From Euprymna scolopes (Eukaryota): 64,000 nt of DNA. Under the pieces are notes generated by a model. It was not told the origin of the DNA and did not search any database. It was given only the letters and a program-made list of their open reading frames with translations. Positions 1 to 11,199 of this stretch are shown piece by piece. The stretch lies in assembly GCA_053919585.1 (NCBI GenBank), contig CM132811.1. One strand, given 5' to 3'. How positions within the stretch are numbered: position 1 is the first letter of the stretch; each line of letters starts with the position of its first letter. A program made the translations under genes and the position numbers.

Positions 1-220
1 TTGAAGGTGGCCAAATTGTAATCAGCAGTAAAGCAGTACTTTAGTAAAATGCTCAACATGCTACAAGACTATACAGAGACGTTGGTTTTAGAAATTTTGC
101 ATTGTACACGGGTAAACCAAGATACAAGTAATTTTTCGTTGGCATAAGATGAGATTTGCTGTGAATTTCAGGCCGTTGAAGCTAAACACTTGCAATATAA
201 ATAACGATATATACATTCAT

Positions 221-640
221 TTTGGCTGTTTCCTTGCATCCAAGGATCAATGAGGTTGTCCTCGGGTGGTGGCATGCCTTCTGGTAACTGAGCAGACCGA
301 TTGTCGCCATGCACACTCTGCGACACCCATGGCATGGGTATCCATGGGAAGAAAGGACATACGTCAGATGACGCTTTCCTTGTTGTGCGTTTGTCCTCTG
401 CGGCCTTTTTTCTGTTGATCTCGAAAGCCGTCGTGCCTCACTTTGACAAAGTCCTCTGGCTATCCCTATCTTTGGCCTAGCCTTCCTAGTCTTTCAACTA
501 TGCGGAATTGTAGCCTCAGCTGATCCTTGTAGCGCTTATGCGAGACGCCTCTGTACTGGCACAATTCGCCATAGAGCACGACTTTGGTCAAGCTCGTGTC
601 CTCCTTCAAAGACAACTGTCCATCTTAGTGTAGTTTACAA
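221..640 (-). mobile_element. RTE-clade (BovB-like) LINE, 3' fragment
   Basis: Minus-strand translation across frameshifts gives LTKVVLYGELCQYRGVSHKRYKDQLR and PCHGCRRVCMATIGLLSYQKAC, matching the RTE C-terminal LYGEL...KRYKD motif and the terminal C2H2-like finger. Confidence 0.75.
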
Positions 641-651
641 GCTAGAAGTGT

Positions 652-660
<9 letters not shown>

Positions 661-704
<44 letters not shown>
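661..704. repeat. (TA)n microsatellite, one of many in the window
   Basis: Seen directly. Similar tracts lie at about 2275, 4463, 5049, 5647, 16586, 16942, 19932, 22282, 28025, 36459, 38912 and 40691. Confidence 0.99.
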
Positions 705-709
<5 letters not shown>

Positions 710-1647
710 ACAACCTACAAATAATAACTCAGTTCATTATAATTGTTTCTGCAGACAGAGAAATTCAGTTAGGCGGCAACAGCCTAAATAAGAAGATTTA
801 AAAAAAATTGGGTTTAAAAATTAAAAAAAAAGAAGATTTTGTCGAGAAAGTATTTAATAGGCTTCAAAAGATTAATGAGTTTAGAGGTATACAAAGACTA
901 AATAAAGAATTGAAATATTTATAAAAAGTAAATAAACAAAATAAGTTTTAAATTACACGGTAACAGTTGAGTTTGATAGCAATTACATAACTTGACAAAT
1001 GATTAAAAATAATTATGTTAGGTTCCAATACCATTATCATGGCCAGTCTAATATTGTGGGCTGTAGGAGATTATATATACGTAGGCTGTGATACTATAAA
1101 GTGGCCCTCGGGTGGATTTGAGCCACTAAGTGCTGAGAGGGGGGGAATAGTCAAAGGAAGAGGAAATTGCTTTAAACAATAGAAACCTACTGATAAAACA
1201 GGGAAGGGACGCTTCCGGTAGTCAGGGTGGAGTGGGCGACCTGAGAGACTAAGACAGAGGAGACATTCAGTTGACATCTAGACGCGCTGGGCGGCGAATG
1301 GAAGTTGGACAGAGTTGACAACTAGATACCCTTGACGTCGGATGGGAGTTGATAACGACTACAGTTGAACAGTTATAGGGTTGACTGTGAAATAGAGACG
1401 TGGACAATTTTAGAGTTGACTGTGAAACAGAGATAGACGAATGTAACATCAATAGAACGAGGAGAAGACACACACACTCATAAGCCCAACAGTCAATTTA
1501 TATGTGAACATTGACGTTTGTGTTTTTCCTTTCTTTGCTCATATTTCTATGTTGTGAACCGCTTGTGTTCTCATCGACAATCGCCAACGGAAAAAAGGAC
1601 TATCCGGTCATAAGAGGAATAGAGGAATAGTCGAACGAAAAATCCAC

Positions 1648-1967
1648 GTTTTTTTTTTTTTTTTTTTTTTTTACACAGTGATCACCACTTATCAAGGCCC
1701 GGAAGCCACTCAGGGATAAGGATTATTGCAAGTACATTACGTTAGTGAGGAGATTTGCTGATATGTTTACTTAAGGGGGCGGTTCATTAGGAATTTGTTT
1801 ACATTGGACTTGAAGACAACCAAATTGTAGTCCGGGGGGAAGCAGGCAGACGGAACAGAGTTCCACAGGCGTGCAGTTCTAAGAAAGAAGCTATGTTCAT
1901 GAAATCTGCGTTTTGATTTAGGCACAGACGTACACGACGTTGGGAGTCGGCGATCTGTCGTGGGGCG
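1648..1967 (-). mobile_element. CR1/Jockey-group LINE 3' end with poly(A) tail
   Basis: ORF 1767-1970 ends SFFLRTARLWNSVPSACFPPDYNLVVFKSNVNKFL. A poly-T run lies at 1648-1672, and CACGTTT on both sides is a candidate TSD. The 3' UTR resembles that of the copy at 24640-25795. Confidence 0.85.
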
Positions 1968-1981
1968 CACGTTTGGTTACA

Positions 1982-2271
1982 AGGCTATGACTTTGAATTT
2001 TTATCTTAATCTTAAAAGATGGTGTGCAATATACCTAGGTGAGGGACTATTATCATTCCAGGTTTGGTCATGATCGATCCAGTTGTGTAGGCTGTAGGGG
2101 AGTATAGTATAGACTAAAAGTCAAAGTCATAGCCTATGTATATACATAGGCTATAACTTTGACTTTTAGTCTATACTTTGAAAAATGGTGTGTACTATCC
2201 CTAGATGTGGAATCATTATTATACCAAGTTTAGTCATGAGCGGTCTAGTGGTTTGGGCTGTAAGAGAGTTG

Positions 2272-2275
<4 letters not shown>
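1982..2275. repeat. Two diverged ~120 bp direct repeats resembling Helitron 5'-terminal sequence, joined by a 72 bp palindrome
   Basis: 1982-2100 and 2148-2270 share AGGCTAT.ACTTTGA...CCA.GTTT.GTCATGA.CG..C.AGT. The palindrome spans 2106-2177. The Helitron assignment is by resemblance only. Confidence 0.5.
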
Positions 2276-2322
<47 letters not shown>

Positions 2323-4081
2323 AAAGGGAGAGTAGCTACACGATTTGGAAAAATGTATAGTAGAGAAGTGAATACATGGAATCCTACGATATTTCGCAGT
2401 TGATTTTGTACTTGATCAAGGTATGAAAGAATGCTTTGTGTGGCATCTCCACTGACGTAGCGGAAGTGTCCGGCTCATATAAGTAGATAATTGCATCTTA
2501 ACTGAAGTACTTTCATGAAAATAAAAACGCAAAAATAATACTAATGGTGAACAATCAATGGAAATAAATATAACATCGAAAAGTACACTGGTTGTAAATA
2601 AGAGGTAGACTGAACAAAAAGGGCAAAAAAGAAACCGACATCTGTGTCACATTTATTATAATTTTAAGGAAATTATCAGTCTTGTTTACGAATAGTATAG
2701 GTCGGTTTTCAGTACATGCTTTCCAATTTACACACAATTGTTTTTCATTAAAAGGGTACGAGTTATAATGATTATCCATTGCATGAATAACGCTAAAAAG
2801 AGACAATTATATATTTAATTCAAATAATATATAAGTTTAATTAATAACCGACCTATGCTATTTATTATTAATATTATTTTCTGGTTTCATACTTATGAAA
2901 AATATTTTGCGTTCAATTATAAACCAATAAAAAGATGAATATGGAGGAGATAAAAAGATGTAAAAAAACTATGTTCGTTGTGATAATGTTTCCAATTTAT
3001 TTTACAAAATTATTAGAATAAAAAATAATTTCGGGAGTAAAATAGATATGTTACACTTTTATGTCATCTTACAAATATCAACATTAAGATACAATGATAA
3101 ACTTGATGTCTTGAATTTTTATTCCAATTTCAATTTTAAAAAATTAGTACAGAATTTAGATTCTATACAGTAAGAAATCTTTGCAGTTTTACCTTGTTTT
3201 AAAGAAACGAATTCAGTTAATCTTACTTAATTGATGTATAATGAGTTTGCATAAAATTCATTGACAATCTGAAATATTTAAATTTGCTAAGTGGAGTTTG
3301 TGCCGTTATCATTCTTCTTAAATCCTTTTAATATACTTACAAAACACTGACAGTTCAAATACTTGGAAATTAATGTTTATACCCTTGTTAAATTTCAAAG
3401 AATATATGATGGCTGCTTTTTCACAAAAAGCTCCCGATTTTTTAAAGGCTAAATTGAATAAAGTTCATAATTTAAAACAAGCGCAATAGTTGTGTAGCTA
3501 AAGTCATATTGATTGGTTTATTTGTTTAGAAGTCGTTCTTCTGCATAGAAACGTATAAACATATTCAGAGGCTTAACTTTAAATATAAGGATATTAAGTC
3601 CTCAAAAATAATAATTTTGTTAAGGAGGAATATTTAAAATCAAAACATGTGATATAATTGCATGATCGACTTGAATCAACATATGTTTTCCTACTATCCA
3701 TGATTGAGAAGTTGTCTTAGACATCATTAGATTTAGTGGACATAAATACGGTAAAAAATTAATGGATTTTATATTGCTAAGCATTTTGTTGCGCTTGTGA
3801 CGGTCAAACATATTACCACTAAATAGGCGGCAACTTTCTATTTCAATGGCGTATTTATTAGAAAAACCTGAACTTTTCAAAAAAGAAAAATCTGTCACTC
3901 TTGACTTTTAACATTGCTTTTCTTTTTCTTTTCTTTTTTTTTTTTGACTAAGGCCAATAGGCATCTCCTACATTCGAGATATTATCTTTTGTATCGGGGT
4001 GCGAAGCTGGTTTAGTGGTTACCAACATGAACTGACGACCTAGGTGTTCCAAGTTTGAATTCAGTTTCTTTTGACAAAAAA

Positions 4082-4460
4082 CACTTAAACTTAGGATGTT
4101 AGCCAATGTCTTTTTAAGGAATAATTCTTACTTAAAAATGTCGGAGAAACTAATGCCAACGATAGAATATTCGGATTTATAAGACATGACCATGAGCTTT
4201 CGTTCTTATAAACTATTTACATTAAGTGGGTCCACAACTTTTCTGGAATGATTTCCATATTAGTAGAATATGGAATAATTTGAGCTAATTAAATACTAAT
4301 CTCTATTAATTTCTAACTGTGCATCCAACCATTACCATAATACTTAGTTCGATGTACCTTATCATATCAAAGGTCAATACAAAATTCAAACAGACCGCGG
4401 CCCACTAGTTTCCGAGAAATGTAGAACGAACAGACATAGCGCCAACAGACTAAGAAAGAT

Positions 4461-4535
<75 letters not shown>

Positions 4536-5046
4536 GACTATCGATGTCAAGAAGCTCAGACGGGTTGGACATATCCTCTGTGGGTAACATAAGTGAGCGG
4601 TGTGAAAGTTGACTATGAGGTGAGCAGAAAGCAAACACAAAAATCTATATAAAATTAGCATTCAAAGCACTTAATCTTAGGATGTTAGCCAATGTCTTTT
4701 TAAGGAATAATTCTGACTTAAAAATGTCGGAGAAACTAATGCCAACGATAGAATCTTCGGATTTATAAGACATGACCATGAGCTTTCGTTCTTATAAACT
4801 ATTTACATTAAGTGGGTCCACAACTTTTCTGGAATGATTTCCATATTAGTAGAATATGGAATAATTTGAGCTAATTAAATACTAATCTCTATTAATTTCT
4901 AACTGTGCATCCAACCATTACCATAATACTTAGTTCGATGTACCTTATCATATCAAAGGTCAATACAAAATTCAAACAGACCGCGGCCCACTAGTTTCCG
5001 AGAAATGTAGAACGAACAGACATAGCGCCAACAGACTAAGAAAGAT

Positions 5047-5125
<79 letters not shown>

Positions 5126-5643
5126 GACTATCGATGTCAAGAAGCTCAGACGGGTTGGACGTTGGACATATCCTCTGTGGGTAACATAAGTGAGCGGTGT
5201 GAAAGTTGACTATGAGGTGAGCAGAAAGCAAACACAAAAATCTATATAAAATTAGCATTCAAAGCACTTAATCTTAGGATGTTAGCCAATGTCTTTTTAA
5301 GGAATAATTCTGACTTAAAAATGTCGGAGAAACTAATGCCAACGATAGAATCTTCGGATTTATAAGACATGACCATGAGCTTTCGTTCTTATAAACTATT
5401 TACATTAAGTGGGTCCACAACTTTTCTGGAATGATTTCCATATTAGTAGAATATGGAATAATTTGAGCTAATTAAATACTAATCTCTATTAATTTCTAAC
5501 TGTGCATCCAACCATTACCATAATACTTAGTTCGATGTACCTTATCATATCAAAGGTCAATACAAAATTCAAACAGACCGCGGCCCACTAGTTTCCGAGA
5601 AATGTAGAACGAACAGACATAGCGCCAACAGACTAAGAAAGAT

Positions 5644-5714
<71 letters not shown>

Positions 5715-5843
5715 GACTATCGATGTCAAGAAGCTCAGACGGGTTGGACATATCCTCTGTGGGTAACATAAGTGAGCGGTGTGAAAGTTGACTATGAGGT
5801 GAGCAGAAAGCAAACACAAAAATCTATATAAAATTAGCATTCA
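4082..5843 (+). repeat. Three tandem copies of a ~590 bp unit, each containing a (TA)n tract and a probable mariner 5' remnant
   Basis: Units start at 4082, 4668 and 5265 and are nearly identical. Each unit end encodes EQKANTKIYIKL, resembling the mariner transposase N-terminus EQRANIKFCxKL. Confidence 0.9.
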
Positions 5844-6376
5844 TCCGACCAACCAGTAGCTTGCTGTTAACGAAAAGAAAAATATGTCTTCAATTACATA
5901 TACCATTCCGAACAGTCTGGTATCGACTAAAAATAAATAAGTATATGGAAAAGAAAATGTAAGGTAGTAATGTATTTATGGTAAACTTATTGATAGGTGC
6001 GTGTGTAATTTGTGAGAATCGTGTTTATAAGACATAAGATCAACGTATTAATTGGACATTTTTTAAATATTCTTAAAATTTGATTTTAGTAAAGAACTGT
6101 ATTTTGAACAACAATATTTTCCTCGATTCTACAAATAACCTTTGAGTAAACATAGCTTGGTCCTCAGCATTTAAAATATTCTATTAATGTATTTATCCAA
6201 GAGCTTGAGTTCTCTGAACTACTGAATAATTTTGGTTACTGAATCCGTGGAAAATATATATTTGCGTGGGTAAAAGGAGAGAAACAAAAATGCTCATCCA
6301 AAGTAAAGACTGACTTTTAAAAAAATAGGTGTGGAGACGATTCGTATGATTCATATCGTCGAAATATATTCATTGA

Positions 6377-6424
<48 letters not shown>

Positions 6425-6934
6425 CAGCAGGTTTCAAGGGAGACATAGGAAGGGGGTGCATGGAACGAGTATTCGGTTGGAAATGGCACGCAGCCAAAAT
6501 AGACAATGGCTTCTCGAGCAGAAAGAGGGTAAGTAGTGACGCTCGAGCGTTTAGTGTAATAAAAAAACTTTGTGCTACAAAATCTTTTCCAGATGTCCAG
6601 AAAAGAGAAGGATGTGTCAGTGAATCAGGGCGAACGCACTAATGGACGCGCGTATTAGCAAAAAAAAAATAAATAAATAAAAAAAAAATATATATATATG
6701 TGTGTATGTGTGTGTGTGTGTGTGCGTGTGTGTGTCTGTGTGTGCGTGAGTGTGCGTGGTCGTGTTTGCACTTTTTAAAAAAAGTCATTGAAAATTTTAT
6801 ATCTATATCATTAATTGCTAGATGAAAGATAATGTTGAAATTGCAACAAAATGTACATTACATAAAATAAATTTGAAGTAATTTTTTGATTCAATTCAAA
6901 TAAAAATTTTATACCTTAATTTGTAAAATTTGGC

Positions 6935-7550
6935 TAACCTCGCGGTGAAAAGGGAGCAGCTATGCATAAGTCTTCTCTCCAGAACATAACCTCTCCATCA
7001 TCAAGACTCCTGCAGTGTCTCCACGTTGACCACGCATGGTAACTGAGTGCTTTGCGGCCCTAGGCTAGACTTGTAGGAGATCTCGGAATAGTAGGGGATT
7101 CCAGAGGTAGTGCGTTATGGCCCACCGATGTGTGGACACGCCCTGGCACACTACCAACCCGTACCCCACTGTCTTGTGGGTGCCCTTGGTTGGGCGAAGA
7201 CTAGGGGAACCAACCCCAAAATCAAACACCACTGCCTCGTGGGCTTTATCACAGTAAAAGGCAAAGAGATAAGAACTCTGACTTCAAATCCTACTGCTGC
7301 CTTGCAGTTTTCTTTAAAAGGCTATGCAACCTCATCCAGAAAGAAGAGGCGTAGTAGCGGGCACGATGGGGCGACTGTCTACTTCACTGAAATTACTTTC
7401 GGCCAAAAGCTTCAGCCTCCTCTGCTACCAGTCGTCGCGGGTTTGAACCATTGGACATGAGCATTGGAGGTTCAGAGAGTGTCTATCTGATGCGCAACAA
7501 ACACTACACCTAAACTGTGCAAGCAAGTTAGGAGCATGATGATGATGATA
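6935..7550 (+). mobile_element. Short non-coding element resembling an RTE 5' UTR, with a (GAT)n tail
   Basis: GC-rich island with repeated CCACTGYCTYGTGGG hairpins (7165, 7229), an AACTCTGACTTCAAA motif, and a terminal ATGATGATGATGAT. Confidence 0.55.
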
Positions 7551-8027
7551 CTTGTTTGTTTAACATTTTATTTGTTCAAACCTGTTAACACTTAATGTAA
7601 ACAACACATATTTTGTAATTAAATATCAGTTATCCCCCTAGCTAGCTTTAGTTTTAGGATTCTCTGCAAAGCAATTTGAAAATACTTGAGATGGATGTAC
7701 ATAACTGGGAAGCCCAAGCGAAATATCGATTACTTTGAAAAACAAAAAAAGTTGTAGAATTTTTGAAAAGCGTGTAGATCTTGCTGTCTCAAAACGTGCT
7801 TTAAGAAAGCAGGACGAAAATATAATTTCAGAGAAATTACAACAGGCGCGGAAGTCCACTGTAGTGGTAGATACGTTTGTGAAAAGCTGATTTTGTAAAT
7901 GCTCCGAAATTACACAACCAAAGACAGGAACGACAGTTTATGATGAGGCTTTTACAGCACATCCGGTAACACTAGTATACAACTGTTATAATTTTCGTAT
8001 TCATATTTTATATATTTTCACACACAA

Positions 8028-8065
<38 letters not shown>

Positions 8066-8181
8066 GTATAGAATGATATTTGCTACAGGAATAGTACAAC
8101 TAACTCGCTATAAAGCGAGTAACAAACAGACAATACTGTTGTTTGGAAGATTGGTTTGTAGATATGTATGTACATACAAAA

Positions 8182-8218
<37 letters not shown>

Positions 8219-8224
8219 ATTTTT

Positions 8225-8930
8225 TATTACCGTTTTAGCTGTTTAGTTACACATGTTTCGGTTACCGAATTGTATTCAGGATCCAATAACTTCGTCAGAC
8301 TTTATAGAAATGGGTATTATGATTTGAAAAAAAATGATATTAGAAGAAGCACGAAAAAAAGAGGGGATCGGAGATCGACAATAGTTAAGTTTTGAGGTTT
8401 AAAGAACATTAGAAGGTTGTGTGGGGAGTTTAGGTAGTTCGGCTACGTGCGGATAAAGATATAGGGATATAGAGAAGGTGAGGGGAGAGGGAAGGAGATA
8501 AATAGAGAAGCAAGGAAAGGAGGGGGAAGAATTTCAATTTTAAGTTTTAAACTTTAATAAACAATAGAAGCTGGTGGGGGTTAGGCGGGTTTAAGCTGTT
8601 AAACGAGACATATGAATATATGAACAGGGTAGAGAGAGAAAGACAGAGAAAGAGAGAGTGAGAGAGAGTGTTAGAGAGAGAAAGAGAGAGAGAGAAAGAG
8701 AGTGTGAACGAGAGAAGCAAGCAATCCAACACGTGGCTCTGGACCGTAGCGTTTAGGAATTGCGTACGTGTCAAATGTGTTTTGATATGTTAGGGGATCC
8801 TGCAGATTTTGAGGAGGGGGCGTTGTTTGTAGTAATTAAGATGCGTCTTCTCGAAGTAGGTTGAGTTATATTGCACTTAAGTATATTTATCTATTTAAAT
8901 TCATTGACTATTAAAGGTCTTTAAGAAATT
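8225..8930 (-). mobile_element. Penelope-like element 3' remnant
   Basis: Decayed minus-strand peptides (ILKCNITQPT...; LTRTQFLNATV) resemble the PLE linker/GIY-YIG region, and the remnant ends in a hammerhead motif. Confidence 0.4.
8245..8301 (-). ncRNA. Type I hammerhead ribozyme motif (partly decayed)
   Basis: Minus strand reads AGT-CTGACGA-[aGTTATTGGA...TTCGGTAACc]-GAA-ACA-TG-TGT-A-ACT. It has a GUA triplet and a 3 bp stem I. Confidence 0.65.
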
Positions 8931-9567
8931 AAAGTGAATATATATGCAAACACATATGCATATAAACACACACGCATATATATATCCATATACANNNNNN
9001 NNNNNNNNNNNNNNNNNNNNNNNNNNNNNNNNNNNNNNNNNNNNNNNNNNNNNNNNNNNNNNNNNNNNNNNNNNNNNNNNNNNNNNNNNNNNNNNNNNNN
9101 NNNNNNNNNNNNNNNNNNNNNNNACATTGATATATATACATACGTACATACACACACACGCATCTATATACACATACACATATATATACATATATACACG
9201 GATATGCACATACATATATAGACATATGTATATCTATAATCCCTATATATATATATATATAAAATGAACTCATTTTTCCCCTATGATTTTGACCTGAATA
9301 GGATTAAAAATTAAGACATTTCAAACTGCAGCACAATATCTGAGGTGTGTTATAGGCATATTACCTCTCTACTTCCTCGATAATCATAGATTCCTATATT
9401 TTTCTAGTGAGAGTTAACTGCCACAATCGGTTAAAAATCAATGGGATAGTAAAATATTTTCTCTCTAATTAATTCCTACTTCCCCGCCACCACTTACACT
9501 GTTTCCGGGATCGTTCACAGGGGACAGTTACGAAGGAACACCAGTTTCGGTTTTCTTTACTTCGTAG

Positions 9568-9935
9568 TTGCTTAAAAAAAGTGGAATGACATTTTACCGT
9601 TCCTTTTCATTCTATGCTTTCTACTGGGTAAAACGCATTATGGACTTAACCGATTCTAAGGGTTATTTATTCCATTTTTACGCTTTATTTCGTTTTTTAA
9701 TTGCTTAAAAATTGGAATTTTAGCATTCCTTTTCGTTCTATGCTTTCTACTGGGTGAAACGCACAATGGACTTAACCAAATTGAAGGTTATTTATGCCTT
9801 TTTTTACCTTTATTTCGTTTTTTAGTTGCTTAAAAACTGTAATGGAATTTTAACTTTCCCTTTCGTTCTATGCTTTCTACTGGGTGAAAGGCACCATAGT
9901 CTTAACCGAATCGAAGTGTTATTTATGCCATTTTT
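9568..9935 (+). repeat. Three diverged tandem copies of a ~125-133 bp unit
   Basis: Units start TTGCTTAAAAA at 9568, 9701 and 9826, and all contain TTCTATGCTTTCTACTGGGT. Confidence 0.9.
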
Positions 9936-10164
9936 GTTTTTGCTTTTCGCTGTGTTTTTTTGTTTTTGTTTTTCCGAAAACGTTCATCTATTTATTTCCA
10001 ATATTTTTGCTTTTTGTTTTTTCCGATTACCTTTTTAAACAAGTTTTACGTTTGTTCGCTGTTTTGTTTTGTTTTGATTTTTCCGATTTTTTAAAGAAGA
10101 TTTTATATTTAAACAGGGTTATTACTTCGCTTATTCTTTACTTTACCTCCCCCTTACACACACA

Positions 10165-10531
10165 CACACCCAAACACCCGGTAACGCCGGGGTCCCCTGA
10201 AGGTCTGGTGTGGACGTCGGGTTAAAAGCACGGAGATGTCTTAGCATCATACTGTGCTTCTCCCAGATAGACCAACCCCACGTGCACGTCGTGAATACTG
10301 CCACGCAAACGGGGCTCTGATGAACGACGAGTGACTTGCGTCGTATAATTGGACCTCCACTGCATTGGGGGCAAGGTTCTTTTAACCAAAGGTTAAGGGT
10401 GAGGTAACCCTGATAGAAACCTACAGAGGAGCTTAGACTTGTTGAGCGTAGCCGTGGTGAACGCAACCTCACTACAAGAAGGAAAACCCTGATATAAAAT
10501 CTGCGGCGACTGCTACTTCCAATGATGATGA
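10165..10531 (+). mobile_element. Second short RTE-5'UTR-like non-coding element with a (GAT)n tail
   Basis: Contains CCACTGCATTGGGG (10357) and GAAGGAAAACCCTGATATAAA (10478), and ends ATGATGATGA. The motif order parallels 6935-7550. Confidence 0.5.
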
Positions 10532-11199
10532 CTTGCTCTTTTTTTGTTGAATGTGGCAGTTATTTAGAAAGTGGAATTGTCTCAGTGCAAAGTCTTTCCT
10601 CACTGTAAACGCTTTAAGAACAAGCATTACTTGGAATGCAATGGAATACACATTTTGCAACCAGTGTGTAATAAAAAGGTTGGCTTTAGCCTAAAATGGA
10701 AAACGGACATTCAATTAGAACTTATACAGATATGAGCGTCAATGGCAATAAGTGCTTGGTAGGTGTTCGCGGCACCACAGCTTGGACTCGATCATCAGTG
10801 AATGTGCAGGACTATAGATAGTTCATAGAAGTGACCGTTTGGCGCGTGCTGCTAGTTACGCTCATGTTTGCGTCATTTGAGTCAGAGATATATTAAGTAA
10901 TGGCAATACTCGAGAACTCATTTTTCTCTTTAAGGGAAGTAAACAGCACTTCAAATTATTGTATTTATTTCAATTTTTATCAAATTTATTAAAAAAATGT
11001 TGGTACTTATGCACTTATGTTACCGTGCTGAAATAATAACATTATTATTTAGAAAACTCTTTTAACATCGAATTTAACTTGAACATACGCTTTTTGAAAA
11101 TAGCACAGTAACATAAGTGCATAGGCACCAAATTTTTAAATCAAATTTATTTGAAAATTATTTGAATAACTTGATTTCTTGTTGTATTTATTTTTCAGA

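Noticed and set aside
1016-1590. Possible solo LTR
   Set aside because: LTR-like composition and a TG start, but no clear CA end or TSD.
4386-5840. ORFs with IYIYIY, VCVCVC or XXXX runs, here and across the window
   Set aside because: They are translations of microsatellites and N-gaps.
9568-9935. CRISPR-like array
   Set aside because: Whole units repeat without unique spacers, and the context is eukaryotic.
10310-10360. CTGATGA plus an ACGACG/CGTCGT stem as a hammerhead
   Set aside because: The stem is followed by ATAA rather than GAAA, and there is no stem I or III.
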